Shown here: piece by piece, positions 42,504 through 52,840 of the stretch
Numbering within the stretch: position 1 is the stretch's first letter
Layout of the letters: each line of letters starts with the position of its first letter
Origin: Pelagibacteraceae bacterium AG-365-D07
GTDB lineage: Bacteria; Pseudomonadota; Alphaproteobacteria; Pelagibacterales; Pelagibacteraceae
Length of the DNA stretch: 64,000 nucleotides
Assembly (NCBI GenBank): GCA_003280005.1
Contig: QCGH01000006.1
Span: 1,045-65,044, forward strand
Direction: 5' to 3'
Made by a program: the position numbers and the translations under genes
Notes under the pieces: generated by a model
Seen by the model: only the letters and a program-made list of their open reading frames with translations
Databases searched by the model: none
Told to the model about the DNA's origin: nothing

Positions 42504-43456
42504 ATTTAGCTTTTTGAAGGATGGATTGTGATGCATCAGGATATTCTTTTTCTAAGCTTGTAATCATAATACAGCCCTGATCTTTTTCTCCAATTTGTAC
42601 TAATGATACACCTAATTTTAATAAATTGTCAGGAGCTTTTTCACTTTTTGGATATTTTTGATAACCTTCTAAATAAGCTGAAGCTGCATCTACATATAAT
42701 TGTCTTATTCTAAATGTTTCTGCAAACCAATACTGTGCGTTTCCAGCAAGTTGGTGACTTGGATTAGTCTGTACAAATTCTTTTAAAGCTCTTTCAGCAG
42801 TGTTGTAATCTCCAACTTTTAAAAAAACTTGTTGCAAACTCATATTGTTTTTCTGGTGTATCTTCAGGTAATAATTTTTCAATACTTTCTACACTTTCTA
42901 AAAGCACTGTTGAAGTTGAGTCCACAGATTGAGTTTGCTGAGTTGTTGCTGATGTTGTCATATCTTTATAAGATATACTTCCTAAATCTTGTGGTTCAGA
43001 TGTACCTGGTAAAATCTTTTCTTCATTTGAAACATTTTCACTTAAATTTGAGACATCCGAGCTCACTACATTTCCTAGTGTTTTTTCAACTTGCTCAAAA
43101 CGAAGTTGATTATCAGATTGTAATTTCGTCAATCTATTAGAAAGTTTATCAAGCTTAAAATTAATTTCCTCAAATTTATTTGTTAAATCTCTAAACTGAT
43201 TTTCAATCTCAGATAATTTTAAAAGATGTCTTGTTAAGGCCTCCTCAGATCCATCTCCAGTAAATGTCCCGCTCTCATTATTAACATTATTATTTTCAAA
43301 AGAATCTGAATAGACAGCTCTTTCTAAAGTTTTTATATCTTGCTGCAAAGCCTCTAATATTTGTAAAACATTATGATTATCAGAATAAGCTGAACTAATT
43401 CCGAATTTAAGAAAAAAAACAATTATTAAAAATTTTAAAACAAATCTTATATTCAT
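42463..43456 (-). pseudogene. cpoB: Tol-Pal system protein CpoB/YbgF, frameshifted by one extra base in a T7 run (probably an intact gene with a sequencing error)
   Basis: Signal plus coiled coil in 42794-43456 and TPR (NAQYWFAE, KAPDNLLKLG) in 42463-42882. Deleting one A from 42821-42827 gives QYEFATSFLKVGDY. Confidence 0.88.
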
Positions 43457-43461
43457 TATAC

Positions 43462-43490
43462 TTAATAGTTTTTAGATATAATGATGGCAA
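43462..43490 (-). promoter_or_regulatory. putative sigma70 promoter of cpoB (near-leaderless)
   Basis: TTGCCA-N17-TATTAA, ending 5 nt before ATG 43456. Confidence 0.45.
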
Positions 43491-43533
43491 AAAAAAGACC
43501 CATCACTCTAAATTTTTTAAAGTAATGGGTCTT
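43489..43533 (-). terminator. intrinsic terminator downstream of pal
   Basis: Minus strand AAGACCCATTACTTTAAA-AAA-TTTAGAGTGATGGGTCTT followed by a U tract. Confidence 0.8.
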
Positions 43534-43557
43534 AAATGATTTATTATTATATTTTCT

Positions 43558-44040
43558 TTAATTAGCTTTTACTGTTACAGATCTTCTATTTTTTGACCAA
43601 GCTAATGGATTTGATCCAGAGTCCACTGGTCTCTCCTTACCGTAGCTAATTACTGAAATTCTATTTTCTGATATACCATATGTCATTAAATAGTCTTTAG
43701 CTGCGTTTGCTCTTCTTTCACCTAATGCTAAGTTATATTCTCTAGTTCCTCTTTCATCAGCGTGACCTTCTAGAACAACGTTAATGTCAGAATTTTTTCT
43801 TAACCAAGCTGCTTGTTTTCTTAATGTGTCTCTTGAAGCAGTAGTTAACACTGACTCGTTGGTAGCAAAAAACACTCTGTCTGGAACTCCATCCGCTAAA
43901 TATTCTACTGTATCTGTTCCTGTATATACATCGCCTTGTATTTGAGAATCAATCTTTGCTGCTTGTTGTGCACATGCAGATAGCAATAAAGCAAAAATCG
44001 AAGCCAAGATTAAATTATAAGTTGATTTTTTAAATATCAT
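43558..44040 (-). CDS. pal: peptidoglycan-associated lipoprotein
   Basis: Lipobox LSAC; OmpA domain EGHADERGTREYNLALGERRA; SD AAGGAG upstream. Confidence 0.97.
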   Translation of the reverse strand: MIFKKSTYNLILASIFALLLSACAQQAAKIDSQIQGDVYTGTDTVEYLADGVPDRVFFATNESVLTTASRDTLRKQAAWLRKNSDINVVLEGHADERGTREYNLALGERRANAAKDYLMTYGISENRISVISYGKERPVDSGSNPLAWSKNRRSVTVKAN

Positions 44041-44145
44041 ACTGCTCCTTAAATTCTTTTTATAAAACTATTAGTTTCACAACTAAATAAATCTTTCAAG
44101 ATAAGAAATCAACTGAAAATATTGAAAAATATAAGGTTATACTTG

Positions 44146-45492
44146 CTAATTGCTTAGTAATGAGGACCAAGATGGGTCCGAAGCGTCGGTTTCTGTTATA
44201 ACCTGTCTTTCATTGTACCCTGTTAAGTCGATTGACCAAAGTTTTGCTGAAAACCCTTCACCATCACTATTTGATTTCGTTTCTCTATAAAAAATTAAAA
44301 CTCTACCGTTTGGAGACCATGAGGGAGCCTCTTGATAATAATTTTCAGTCAATAGTCTCTCCCCTGAACCGTCTGTTCTCATAACACCTATATAGAATTT
44401 TCCTTTATGAAGTTTAGTAAATGCAATTAAGTCGCCTCTTGGTGACCATACCGGTGTTCCATAAAGACCATTTCCAAATGAAATTCTTTTTACTCTTGAT
44501 CCGTCACTTTTCATTACATAAATTTGTTGGTAGCCACTTCTATCTGAATTAAATGTTATAAATTTTCCATCTGGAGAATAAGATGGAGAAGTATCAATTG
44601 ATGGATGATTTGTAATTCTCTCTACAATTCGATTTTCTAAATCCATTGTATAAATATCCGAATTTCCGTCTTTAGCAAAACTCATAATTATTTTTTTTCC
44701 ATCTGGTGAAAATCTTGGTGCAAATGTCATTCCTGGAAAATCTCCTACTACCTCTTGTATTCCTGTTTCAATATCAAGCAAATAAACTCTCGGAAGATTT
44801 TTAAAATAAGATAAATAAGTTACCATCTGATTTGTTGGATTAAACCTTGGAGTCAAAACTAACTCATTACCTAAAGTTAAATATTTTATATTAAAACCAT
44901 CTTGATCCATGATAGCAAGTTTTTTAATTCTTTTTGTTTTTGGACCCTCTTCAGATACATAAATAATTCTCGTATCAAAATATCCTTTTTCACCTGTTAA
45001 TCTCTCATAAATTTTGTCAGAAATTATATGACCTATCCTTCTCCAATTATTTGGAACCGTTGTAAAAGCTAGAGCTAAAATTTCTCTCGCAGCCAGTACG
45101 TCCCACAATCTAAATTCAACCCTAACTTTTTCATCTTTAAATTCAACTTTTCCAGTTATCAATGCTTGAGCTTTAATTAAAGACCAATCTTCAAATCTAG
45201 GTTTCAGATGTGCTACATCTGGTTTTTGTAAAAAAGCTTTTTTCTCTAATGGATTAAACAATCCTGTTGCTCTTAAGTTATTTTCAATTACGATTGAAAT
45301 TTCATTTCCAATTTGATCAACTTTAATTTCTTTTTTTAAAGCATCTGTAGTTTCTTTATCAGAATAAATTGCGGAAACAGCTATTGGTAAAGGGTTTAAG
45401 TTTCCCCTAGTTATATCTACCTCGATTAGAGCAAATACTTTTAAAGGTATAATTAATGAGATTAAAAATATAATTAATTTTATTTTTTTCAT
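44146..45492 (-). CDS. tolB: Tol-Pal beta-propeller protein
   Basis: GYFDTRI, PD40 repeats (FSPDG, WSPRG), DPSWS; synteny. Confidence 0.97.
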   Translation of the reverse strand: MKKIKLIIFLISLIIPLKVFALIEVDITRGNLNPLPIAVSAIYSDKETTDALKKEIKVDQIGNEISIVIENNLRATGLFNPLEKKAFLQKPDVAHLKPRFEDWSLIKAQALITGKVEFKDEKVRVEFRLWDVLAAREILALAFTTVPNNWRRIGHIISDKIYERLTGEKGYFDTRIIYVSEEGPKTKRIKKLAIMDQDGFNIKYLTLGNELVLTPRFNPTNQMVTYLSYFKNLPRVYLLDIETGIQEVVGDFPGMTFAPRFSPDGKKIIMSFAKDGNSDIYTMDLENRIVERITNHPSIDTSPSYSPDGKFITFNSDRSGYQQIYVMKSDGSRVKRISFGNGLYGTPVWSPRGDLIAFTKLHKGKFYIGVMRTDGSGERLLTENYYQEAPSWSPNGRVLIFYRETKSNSDGEGFSAKLWSIDLTGYNERQVITETDASDPSWSSLLSN

Positions 45493-46301
45493 TATCCCTC
45501 TAACATTTCTCTGGCATCAAAATTTAATTGCAAATCTTTCCATTTTTCATAGCCGGTTGTTGGCACTCTTAATGGTTGACAAAGCTTAACTGCCCTTAAC
45601 GCACTTTCAGCCAGTACTTTATAAAATCCCTGACCTGGTTTATTCATCCTAGCATGGTCTAATATTTCTGATTGTATCACTGTCCCATCTGGTTTAAGTT
45701 TTAATTTTATTCTTACTAATAAATTTTCATTATAAGGTAAACCCAAAGGTATGCTCCAGCAACCAAAAATTTGAGCTTTTAAAGCATCCTCTTCGTTTAA
45801 CGTTAAACCTGATAATTTCATTGATTCATCATCTGACTGGGTAATTTCATCATTCTTTATATTTGTTTCTGCAAAATTCTCCTTAGATTTATCTATAAGA
45901 GCTGCAATATTATTTGGGTCAAATAACTCTTTTTTTTCAAATTCTGATACTTGTTTGGCTTTATTATCCTCTATTTTTGGGTTTTGTTTATCTTTTTCTA
46001 TTTTTTTAATTTTTTCAATTTCTTGATCTGGTAAAGGAATAGCATCAGGTTTTTCTTTTTTAACTTTTTTTGGTGGAGCTTGATCGGATACTAATTTCTC
46101 TTTTTCTTTTTTCACTTTTTCAATTATTTTTTCTGCTTTAGGTGCAAACGGTATATTTGTTTGATCTGCAATTTGAATTAGTTCAACTGAAACTATTGGA
46201 GGAATATCAATTGGTTTTTTTGCAATAAATGGGAAGCTAACGATTGCAATTGCAATAATTGATACGTGAAATAAGAATGATAAAAGTAAATTTTGAGGCA
46301 T
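45492..46301 (-). CDS. tolA: cell envelope integrity protein TolA
   Basis: TM helix with S..H motif, charged linker, CW...SALRAV...C..L C-domain; between tolR and tolB. Confidence 0.88.
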   Translation of the reverse strand: MPQNLLLSFLFHVSIIAIAIVSFPFIAKKPIDIPPIVSVELIQIADQTNIPFAPKAEKIIEKVKKEKEKLVSDQAPPKKVKKEKPDAIPLPDQEIEKIKKIEKDKQNPKIEDNKAKQVSEFEKKELFDPNNIAALIDKSKENFAETNIKNDEITQSDDESMKLSGLTLNEEDALKAQIFGCWSIPLGLPYNENLLVRIKLKLKPDGTVIQSEILDHARMNKPGQGFYKVLAESALRAVKLCQPLRVPTTGYEKWKDLQLNFDAREMLEG

Positions 46302-46304
46302 TCA

Positions 46305-46721
46305 CTACCTCTCTTTATATGGTTCTGATATTAATGCTACTTTGGTAAAACCAGATCCAGATAACATTCCCATTATTTCAAGCACCCTTCCATAGTTTAT
46401 TGCTTTATCACCCCTAACATAAATTCTTGTATCGGTTCTATTTTTAGATACAGCCAAAATTTTTGCTGTTAAGCTATCAAACTCAACTTTAGACTCTTGA
46501 ATAAAAATCTCTCCTTTTGAATTGATTGTCAAAGTTAATGGTTCTTGTTCCTCAGGCAGTGAGTCTGCTGAGGTTTCGGGAAGATCTACTTGAACTCCTA
46601 CTGTAAGAAGGGGAGCTGTAACCATAAATATAATTAATAGTACCAACATCACATCAACAAATGGAGTCACATTGATTTCGCTCATAGGTTCTTTGGATGA
46701 TCGACCAAGTTTAAAAGACAT
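46305..46721 (-). CDS. tolR: TolR
   Basis: EINVTPFVDVMLVLLIIFMVTAP. Confidence 0.96.
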   Translation of the reverse strand: MSFKLGRSSKEPMSEINVTPFVDVMLVLLIIFMVTAPLLTVGVQVDLPETSADSLPEEQEPLTLTINSKGEIFIQESKVEFDSLTAKILAVSKNRTDTRIYVRGDKAINYGRVLEIMGMLSGSGFTKVALISEPYKER

Positions 46722-46722
46722 A

Positions 46723-47397
46723 TTAAATTATTGCTAAAAATCTTTTTGAAAAATCCTCTAACTTATTAGAATATTTTCTCGCATCACTATTGAATTTATT
46801 AAAAGCCACAACTGCAGGTATAGCAGCTAACAAACCTAACGCTGTTGCAAAAAGTGCTTCAGCTATTCCTGGAGCAACAATAGCTAAGCTTGTATTTCTA
46901 GAAATCGCTATTGATTGAAATGAATTCATTATTCCCCAAACTGTTCCAAACAATCCTATAAAAGGTGCAGTCGCACCAACTGTTGCTAAAAAGGTAAAAT
47001 TCTTTTCAATCACTGACATTTGCTTTTCAATGTTTGTTGCCATAACGTTTGTTAATCTTTGGCTAAGATTTGATTTAGACCTAGATTTTAAAACAGTTTG
47101 CATGGAATCTTTAAATACCATAGCCATAGGGTCGTCCATTTCTGATGGTAAATTATTATAAAAACTCTCAGCAGACTTAGATCTCCAAAACTTTTCTTCA
47201 AATTCTAAAGTTGATTCATTTATTTTTTTAAACATTCTAAATTTTTGAAATATAATTGCCCAAGAGTAAATTGATGCTGCGATTAGCATTAACATTACTA
47301 ATTTAACAATTATATCTGCTCTTATAAATAAGTTAAGTATCGAGAAATCTGTACTTGAAGACAACCCAACAGCTTGTGTTGCTATATCTGCTTCCAT
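46723..47397 (-). CDS. tolQ: TolQ
   Basis: PFIGLFGTVWGIMNSF, VAPGIAEAL. Confidence 0.97.
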   Translation of the reverse strand: MEADIATQAVGLSSSTDFSILNLFIRADIIVKLVMLMLIAASIYSWAIIFQKFRMFKKINESTLEFEEKFWRSKSAESFYNNLPSEMDDPMAMVFKDSMQTVLKSRSKSNLSQRLTNVMATNIEKQMSVIEKNFTFLATVGATAPFIGLFGTVWGIMNSFQSIAISRNTSLAIVAPGIAEALFATALGLLAAIPAVVAFNKFNSDARKYSNKLEDFSKRFLAII

Positions 47398-47451
47398 TCA
47401 ACGTTTCTCACACTAAAATGTGTCATGAATATGACTCGAAATTCCACAATT

Positions 47452-47943
47452 TTATTCATTTTTATAAGTGTTATAATAGTAACTTGCTATAAGTATCGCG
47501 TCAGCTTTATTTGAATCTTTTTTTCTTTTCAATTTGTCTGAAATTTTTGGGAATATTTCTATAGCTCGTGAACGGCTTGCATCCTTTGACGTGTTTATGA
47601 GATTAAAGTACTTTTTCCACTTTGTGGGTCTAACAAAATGAATAGGTAGTTGCATTGCAGAGCAAATACCCTTAACAACTCCAAAAGATTGGCCAAAATT
47701 AAACATACTGGTGACACCTTGTCCTGGCATTGCACTTACATGTTCAACAACAACACATACATCTTTATGGTTAATTTCAGATAATCTAAGATTGATCTCA
47801 TTAAAAAGTTGATTCCCATTTACTTGTTTTTTATTTTTTTTCCCTTCTGCCATTGATGGCATTTCGATAACATCAACTATTTTTCCATTTTCAAAAAAGC
47901 AGATTGCCCCTGATATTCCGGGATCTATTCCGATTATAAACAT
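47452..47943 (-). CDS. RuvC-fold Holliday junction resolvase, phage/MOC1-like
   Basis: IGIDPGISGA, VVVEHV, GVTSMFNFGQSFG, PTKWK, K...R, ADAILIA; sits at the ruvC position after yebC. Confidence 0.75.
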   Translation of the reverse strand: MFIIGIDPGISGAICFFENGKIVDVIEMPSMAEGKKNKKQVNGNQLFNEINLRLSEINHKDVCVVVEHVSAMPGQGVTSMFNFGQSFGVVKGICSAMQLPIHFVRPTKWKKYFNLINTSKDASRSRAIEIFPKISDKLKRKKDSNKADAILIASYYYNTYKNE

Positions 47944-48669
47944 TTAATCCTTGAATTTAACATTACTATAAACATTTTGAACATCATCAACATCTTCCAT
48001 GCTCTCTAAAAAACTTACAATTTCTTGTTGTTGATTTTTTTCAACTTCTATATGAACTATTGGAACCCACTCAATTCCTGTTGAGATAAAAGTTGCTATC
48101 TGTCCTTCTAATAATTTTTTTACTTTATAAACATTTACTTTCTCACAATGAATTTCATGAAAATCTTTACGATAAGATATACAATCTTCAGCTCCTGCAT
48201 CTAAAGCTAGTTCAAATACTTTTTCTTCAGAAATTAAATTATAATCAATTTTTATAACCCCCATCTGTTTAAAATTGTGAGATGATGATCCTTGGGCACC
48301 AAAACTTCCTCCATTTTTTTGGAATAGAGTTCTTATAGATGAAGCAGTTCTGTTTTTGTTATCCGTTAATGTATCTACAATAACTGCAATATTTTTTGGT
48401 CCAAAACCCTCATATCTTATGCTCTCAAAATTAGACTGATCACCAATCTCAGACTTTTCTATAGCTCTATCAATATTATCTTTTGGCATGTTTGCACCTC
48501 TAGCTGATTGAATGGCTGCTCTAAGCCTAGGATTCATCTCTGGATTTTTATCTCCTAATTTTGCTGCAACAGTAATTTCTCTTGAAAGTTTAGAAAATAT
48601 TTTTGATCTAATTTTGTCTGCTTTACCTTTTTTATGCTTGATACCTGCCCAATGAGAATGACCTGCCAT
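47944..48669 (-). CDS. yebC: YebC/PmpR family protein
   Basis: MAGHSHWAGIKHKK, NPRLR, YEGFGP, TDNKNRT, DDVQNVY. Confidence 0.96.
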   Translation of the reverse strand: MAGHSHWAGIKHKKGKADKIRSKIFSKLSREITVAAKLGDKNPEMNPRLRAAIQSARGANMPKDNIDRAIEKSEIGDQSNFESIRYEGFGPKNIAVIVDTLTDNKNRTASSIRTLFQKNGGSFGAQGSSSHNFKQMGVIKIDYNLISEEKVFELALDAGAEDCISYRKDFHEIHCEKVNVYKVKKLLEGQIATFISTGIEWVPIVHIEVEKNQQQEIVSFLESMEDVDDVQNVYSNVKFKD

Positions 48670-48672
48670 TAT

Positions 48673-49479
48673 TTATTTTGTATTTACTAATACACCCCCT
48701 GTTATAAAACTTTTAATTTTTACAGCTAACCCAGTTTCTTTACTTACATCAACTATCACTCCAGATATCGATGCCTCCCCTTTTGATGGAAAATGTTTTT
48801 TTGAATCCTCTTTTAAAAATCTATTAATTGAATTATTTTTATCCATACCAATTACAGAGTCGTAATCTCCGCACATTCCTGCATCTGTAAGATAACCTGT
48901 TCCTCCCAATAGTATCCTGGCATCATTTGTTGGCACATGAGTATGGGTGCCAACTACTAGAGATGCTTTGCCATCTAAAAAATGTCCAACCGCCATTTTC
49001 TCACTTGTAATTTCGCCATGAATATCAACAACCAAACAATCATAATCTTTTTTTAAACATTTTTTTTCTAAAAATATTTTTAGAGACTCAAATAAATCTT
49101 TACATTTTTTCATAAAAACATTTCCCATTAAGTTCAAAACTCCAACTTTTAAACCATTTTTTGAATTATAAATTGAAAACCCTACTCCAGGTAAATTTTC
49201 ATCCATATTCAAAGGCCTCAATAATCGTGTTTGATTTTTTATAAATTCATAAGTTTCTTTTTGATCCCAAATATGATTTCCACTTGTAACAACATCAACT
49301 CCACATGATAAAAACTCATTAATAATGTTTTCTGTAATACCAACTCCTTCTATTGCAGCATTCTCTCCATTCACAATAGTAAAATCAATAGACTCATCTT
49401 TAATAATTGATTTCAAATTTTGTTTTATAGCGTTACAACCTGTTTGACCAACAACATCTCCTAAAAATAGTATTCTCAC
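48673..49479 (-). CDS. YmdB family metallophosphoesterase
   Basis: LFLGDVVG, NGENA, GNHIWD, DIHGEITSEK, GTHTHVPT. Confidence 0.95.
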   Translation of the reverse strand: MRILFLGDVVGQTGCNAIKQNLKSIIKDESIDFTIVNGENAAIEGVGITENIINEFLSCGVDVVTSGNHIWDQKETYEFIKNQTRLLRPLNMDENLPGVGFSIYNSKNGLKVGVLNLMGNVFMKKCKDLFESLKIFLEKKCLKKDYDCLVVDIHGEITSEKMAVGHFLDGKASLVVGTHTHVPTNDARILLGGTGYLTDAGMCGDYDSVIGMDKNNSINRFLKEDSKKHFPSKGEASISGVIVDVSKETGLAVKIKSFITGGVLVNTK

Positions 49480-50018
49480 TTCAATTTTTCCTCAGTAATT
49501 ACTGCATCAAGCTTTTTATCAAATTTATTAATTGGAAGTTTTTTAATTTTCTGAAATGAAAAGGCAAGCCCAATTTTAATTATTTTTTTTACCTTAAAGT
49601 TTTTATCAAAATATCTATCGTAAAATCCACCACCATATCCTAACCTATTTAAACTATTATCATACGCGACAAGGGGGACAAGGATTAAATCAGGTACTAT
49701 TTTATTTTCTGCTTTAATAGGTTCTGGAATCCCAAGCTTATTTATTTTGAGGGGATTTGCGAAAGAGTATCTATAGAAATCCATATGATAGTTTTTTTTT
49801 ATTTTTGGTAAGCAAATAATATAATTTTTTTTTTCTAAAAACTTGAGCAGATTTAAACAATCAAATTCATAATTAATTGGGATGTAGCCGCCAATAATCT
49901 TTATATTGCTATATGTTTTTTTTATTACTTCAAAAATATTTGTAATAGTAGTAAAATCTATTTCTAAATAATTATTTCTTCTAATTTTTATATATTTTTT
50001 TCTTAAATTTTTTTTCAA
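49476..50018 (-). CDS. 5-formyltetrahydrofolate cyclo-ligase
   Basis: GIPEP, LVPLVAYD, RLGYGGGFYDR. Confidence 0.95.
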   Translation of the reverse strand: MKKNLRKKYIKIRRNNYLEIDFTTITNIFEVIKKTYSNIKIIGGYIPINYEFDCLNLLKFLEKKNYIICLPKIKKNYHMDFYRYSFANPLKINKLGIPEPIKAENKIVPDLILVPLVAYDNSLNRLGYGGGFYDRYFDKNFKVKKIIKIGLAFSFQKIKKLPINKFDKKLDAVITEEKLK

Positions 50019-50032
50019 GGATTTTCTAATTT

Positions 50033-50467
50033 TTATGAAAATTTATTTTTGTTCATAAATTCTTCGATTTGATTTGAGGCATCATCAATGATTTTTTCAT
50101 AACCATTATTTAAACTTTCTAATTCATTTTTAAATTTGTTTTGCTCTTTTTGTAAATTTTTTATTTCATTATCTTTGTCATTTTTATAATTGTAAACCAA
50201 AGATTTTAATTCTTTAAATTTATTCTTAAGTTCATCAATTTCGCTTTTCTTTTTTTCAATATTTTTTTTTGTTTCAAAATACTCGTCCATTAATGTTATG
50301 GATGTAATTAATAATAATTTATTTTCACCCAAATTTCCTAGGTTTGATTTTAATTGATTAAATTTTTCAGATAAATGTAGAGATAACTCCTGAAGATGTT
50401 CCTCCTGTCCATCTTCACAAGATAGCAGAAATTCCTTACCATTAAATTTTATATTTACATTTGCCAT
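50033..50467 (-). CDS. zapA: cell division protein ZapA
   Basis: FNGKEF.LSCEDGQEEHL, GENKLLL..I.LMDE; synteny. Confidence 0.88.
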   Translation of the reverse strand: MANVNIKFNGKEFLLSCEDGQEEHLQELSLHLSEKFNQLKSNLGNLGENKLLLITSITLMDEYFETKKNIEKKKSEIDELKNKFKELKSLVYNYKNDKDNEIKNLQKEQNKFKNELESLNNGYEKIIDDASNQIEEFMNKNKFS

Positions 50468-50784
50468 TTATCTATTTCTTCTATTAAATACTCTGTCTCC
50501 TGATTTAATTCATCAAGTTTTTGATTAAACTCAATTTGCTTATTTTCATCTTGTTTTTTATTTTTTTCAAGATTCTCAATTTTTTTTTGTGCATTTTCCA
50601 ATTCCTCAGCTAAGGTTTTGTACTTTTCCTCTAAATTATTTTTTTCAATTTCTAATTGATTTTTTTGATCCTTAAGACTCTCTACTTCTAATTGTTCTTT
50701 ATTTTGTATCTGAGAAACTTCAAAGTTATTCAGCTTATTTAATAATGTATAAAGTTTTTTTTCTTTTTCCTGAAAAGATTTCAT
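50455..50784 (-). CDS. coiled-coil protein upstream of zapA (ZapB/ZauP-like position)
   Basis: 109 aa all coiled coil, overlaps the zapA start. Confidence 0.6.
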   Translation of the reverse strand: MKSFQEKEKKLYTLLNKLNNFEVSQIQNKEQLEVESLKDQKNQLEIEKNNLEEKYKTLAEELENAQKKIENLEKNKKQDENKQIEFNQKLDELNQETEYLIEEIDKWQM

Positions 50785-50836
50785 ATATATAAATATATTA
50801 TTAAATTGTACTATCAGAGTCTACATAGGTCAAAAC

Positions 50837-52840
50837 TTGAATAAAATTAACAAAGAACTAGCTAACGCCATAAGATTTTTATCTATAGATGCGGTTCAAA
50901 AAGCAAATTCTGGTCATCCGGGAATGCCTATGGGTATGGCGGATGTAGCAACCATTCTTTTCAAAAATTTTCTAAATTTTGATCCAAAAAATCCTAACTG
51001 GATAAATAGAGATAGATTTATTTTATCTGCTGGCCATGGTTCGATGTTGCTATATTCACTACTTTACTTAACAGGATATAAAAGTATTAGTTTAAACGAC
51101 ATTAAAAATTTCAGACAACTTAATTCAATTTGTGCAGGACATCCTGAGTACCACCCAAATTCTGGAATAGAAACTACAACTGGTCCTTTAGGACAAGGCA
51201 TTTCAAATGCAGTTGGCTTTGCTTTAGCTGAAGAAATTTTAAAAAAGAAAGTTGGGAAGAATATAATTAATCACAAGACTTATGTTTTAGCTGGGGACGG
51301 TTGTTTGATGGAAGGAATAAGCCATGAAGCATTGAGCCTTGCGGGTCATTTGAAATTAAAAAATCTTATTTTGCTATTTGATAATAATTCTATATCAATT
51401 GATGGTCCTACAAGTTTAGCAGTATCTGATGATCACAAAAAAAGATTTAACAGTTATGGATGGGATTTTTTAGACATTAACGGACACAATGAAAAAGAAA
51501 TATTTAAAGCTTTAAAGAAAGCACAAAATTCAAAAAAACCAATTGCTATTTCATGTAAAACTACAATTGGATATGGTTCACCAAACAAATCAGGTAAATC
51601 TTCAGCACATGGGAGTCCGTTGGGTGAAGATGAAATTAAATTAGTTAGAAAAAAATTACAGTGGAAATATGAACCTTTTGAAATACCTAAAAAAATATTA
51701 GATGAGTGGAGAGCTATAGGTATTAGAGCTACAAATAAAGCTTTCTTGCATCAAAAAAATTATCAAAAAAAATTATCTTCAATGGGCTGGCTAGGCTGGT
51801 CTATGTCAAATAATTTTAATAATAATTTTCCACCTAAAAATAATTTAATAAGAAGTTCAATTAATTCTGAAATTGAAAAAGTGAAATTGGAATATTTAAA
51901 ATCTTTGGAACCCATAGCTACTAGAAAATGTTCTGAAAAATATTTGGAAATTGTTTCAAAAATTTTAAATTTAATTGGAGGTTCGGCAGATCTTGCTGGA
52001 TCAAATAATACAAAAACAAAAAATCATAATATTATAAAGCCAGGAAATTTTTCAGGAAATTATATCCATTATGGAGTTAGGGAACATGCCATGTGTGGTA
52101 TAATGAATGGCTTAGCATTACACAGTGGATTAATTCCTTATGGGGGAACTTTTTTAATTTTTAGTGATTATTGTAAACCCTCAATAAGACTAGCGGCTAT
52201 GATGAAGCTAAGAGTGATTTATGTTTTTACGCATGACTCTATTGGTCTTGGAGAAGATGGTCCAACGCACCAACCTATTGAACAATTAAATAGTTTAAGA
52301 TCTATTCCAAACTTAAATGTATTTAGACCATCAGATATGATTGAAACATTTGAATGTTGGGATCTAGCGCTTAAATATAATAATACGCCTAGCGTAATTG
52401 CATTAACAAGACAAAAAATTAACCCTGTAAGAAAAAAAGAAAGTTCTAAAAATCTTTCTTCGAGTGGTGCCTACGAAATATTAAGAACAAATGATAAAAT
52501 AAAACTAACAATACTCTCTTCAGGATCTGAAACTAGCCTGGCATGTGAAATTAGTCATAAATTGGCCACAGAAAATATCTATTCAAAAGTTATTTCAATG
52601 CCTTGCCTGGAATTATTTGATCAACAAACAAAAGATTATCGTAACAAAATATTAGATGAAACTGATCTGGTTATTTCAATTGAGGCCTCTGAAACAAGTT
52701 TCTGGAAGCAATATACTGGAAAAAAAGGATTAAATTTTGGAATAGATAACTTTGGAAAGAGTGCACCATATAAAGACATATATGACATTTTTGGATTAAA
52801 TTCTGAATATATAACAAAAAAGATTAAAGAAAAAATATGA
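50837..52840 (+). CDS. tkt: transketolase
   Basis: [40 protein letters not shown]. Confidence 0.98.
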   Translation: MNKINKELANAIRFLSIDAVQKANSGHPGMPMGMADVATILFKNFLNFDPKNPNWINRDRFILSAGHGSMLLYSLLYLTGYKSISLNDIKNFRQLNSICAGHPEYHPNSGIETTTGPLGQGISNAVGFALAEEILKKKVGKNIINHKTYVLAGDGCLMEGISHEALSLAGHLKLKNLILLFDNNSISIDGPTSLAVSDDHKKRFNSYGWDFLDINGHNEKEIFKALKKAQNSKKPIAISCKTTIGYGSPNKSGKSSAHGSPLGEDEIKLVRKKLQWKYEPFEIPKKILDEWRAIGIRATNKAFLHQKNYQKKLSSMGWLGWSMSNNFNNNFPPKNNLIRSSINSEIEKVKLEYLKSLEPIATRKCSEKYLEIVSKILNLIGGSADLAGSNNTKTKNHNIIKPGNFSGNYIHYGVREHAMCGIMNGLALHSGLIPYGGTFLIFSDYCKPSIRLAAMMKLRVIYVFTHDSIGLGEDGPTHQPIEQLNSLRSIPNLNVFRPSDMIETFECWDLALKYNNTPSVIALTRQKINPVRKKESSKNLSSSGAYEILRTNDKIKLTILSSGSETSLACEISHKLATENIYSKVISMPCLELFDQQTKDYRNKILDETDLVISIEASETSFWKQYTGKKGLNFGIDNFGKSAPYKDIYDIFGLNSEYITKKIKEKI

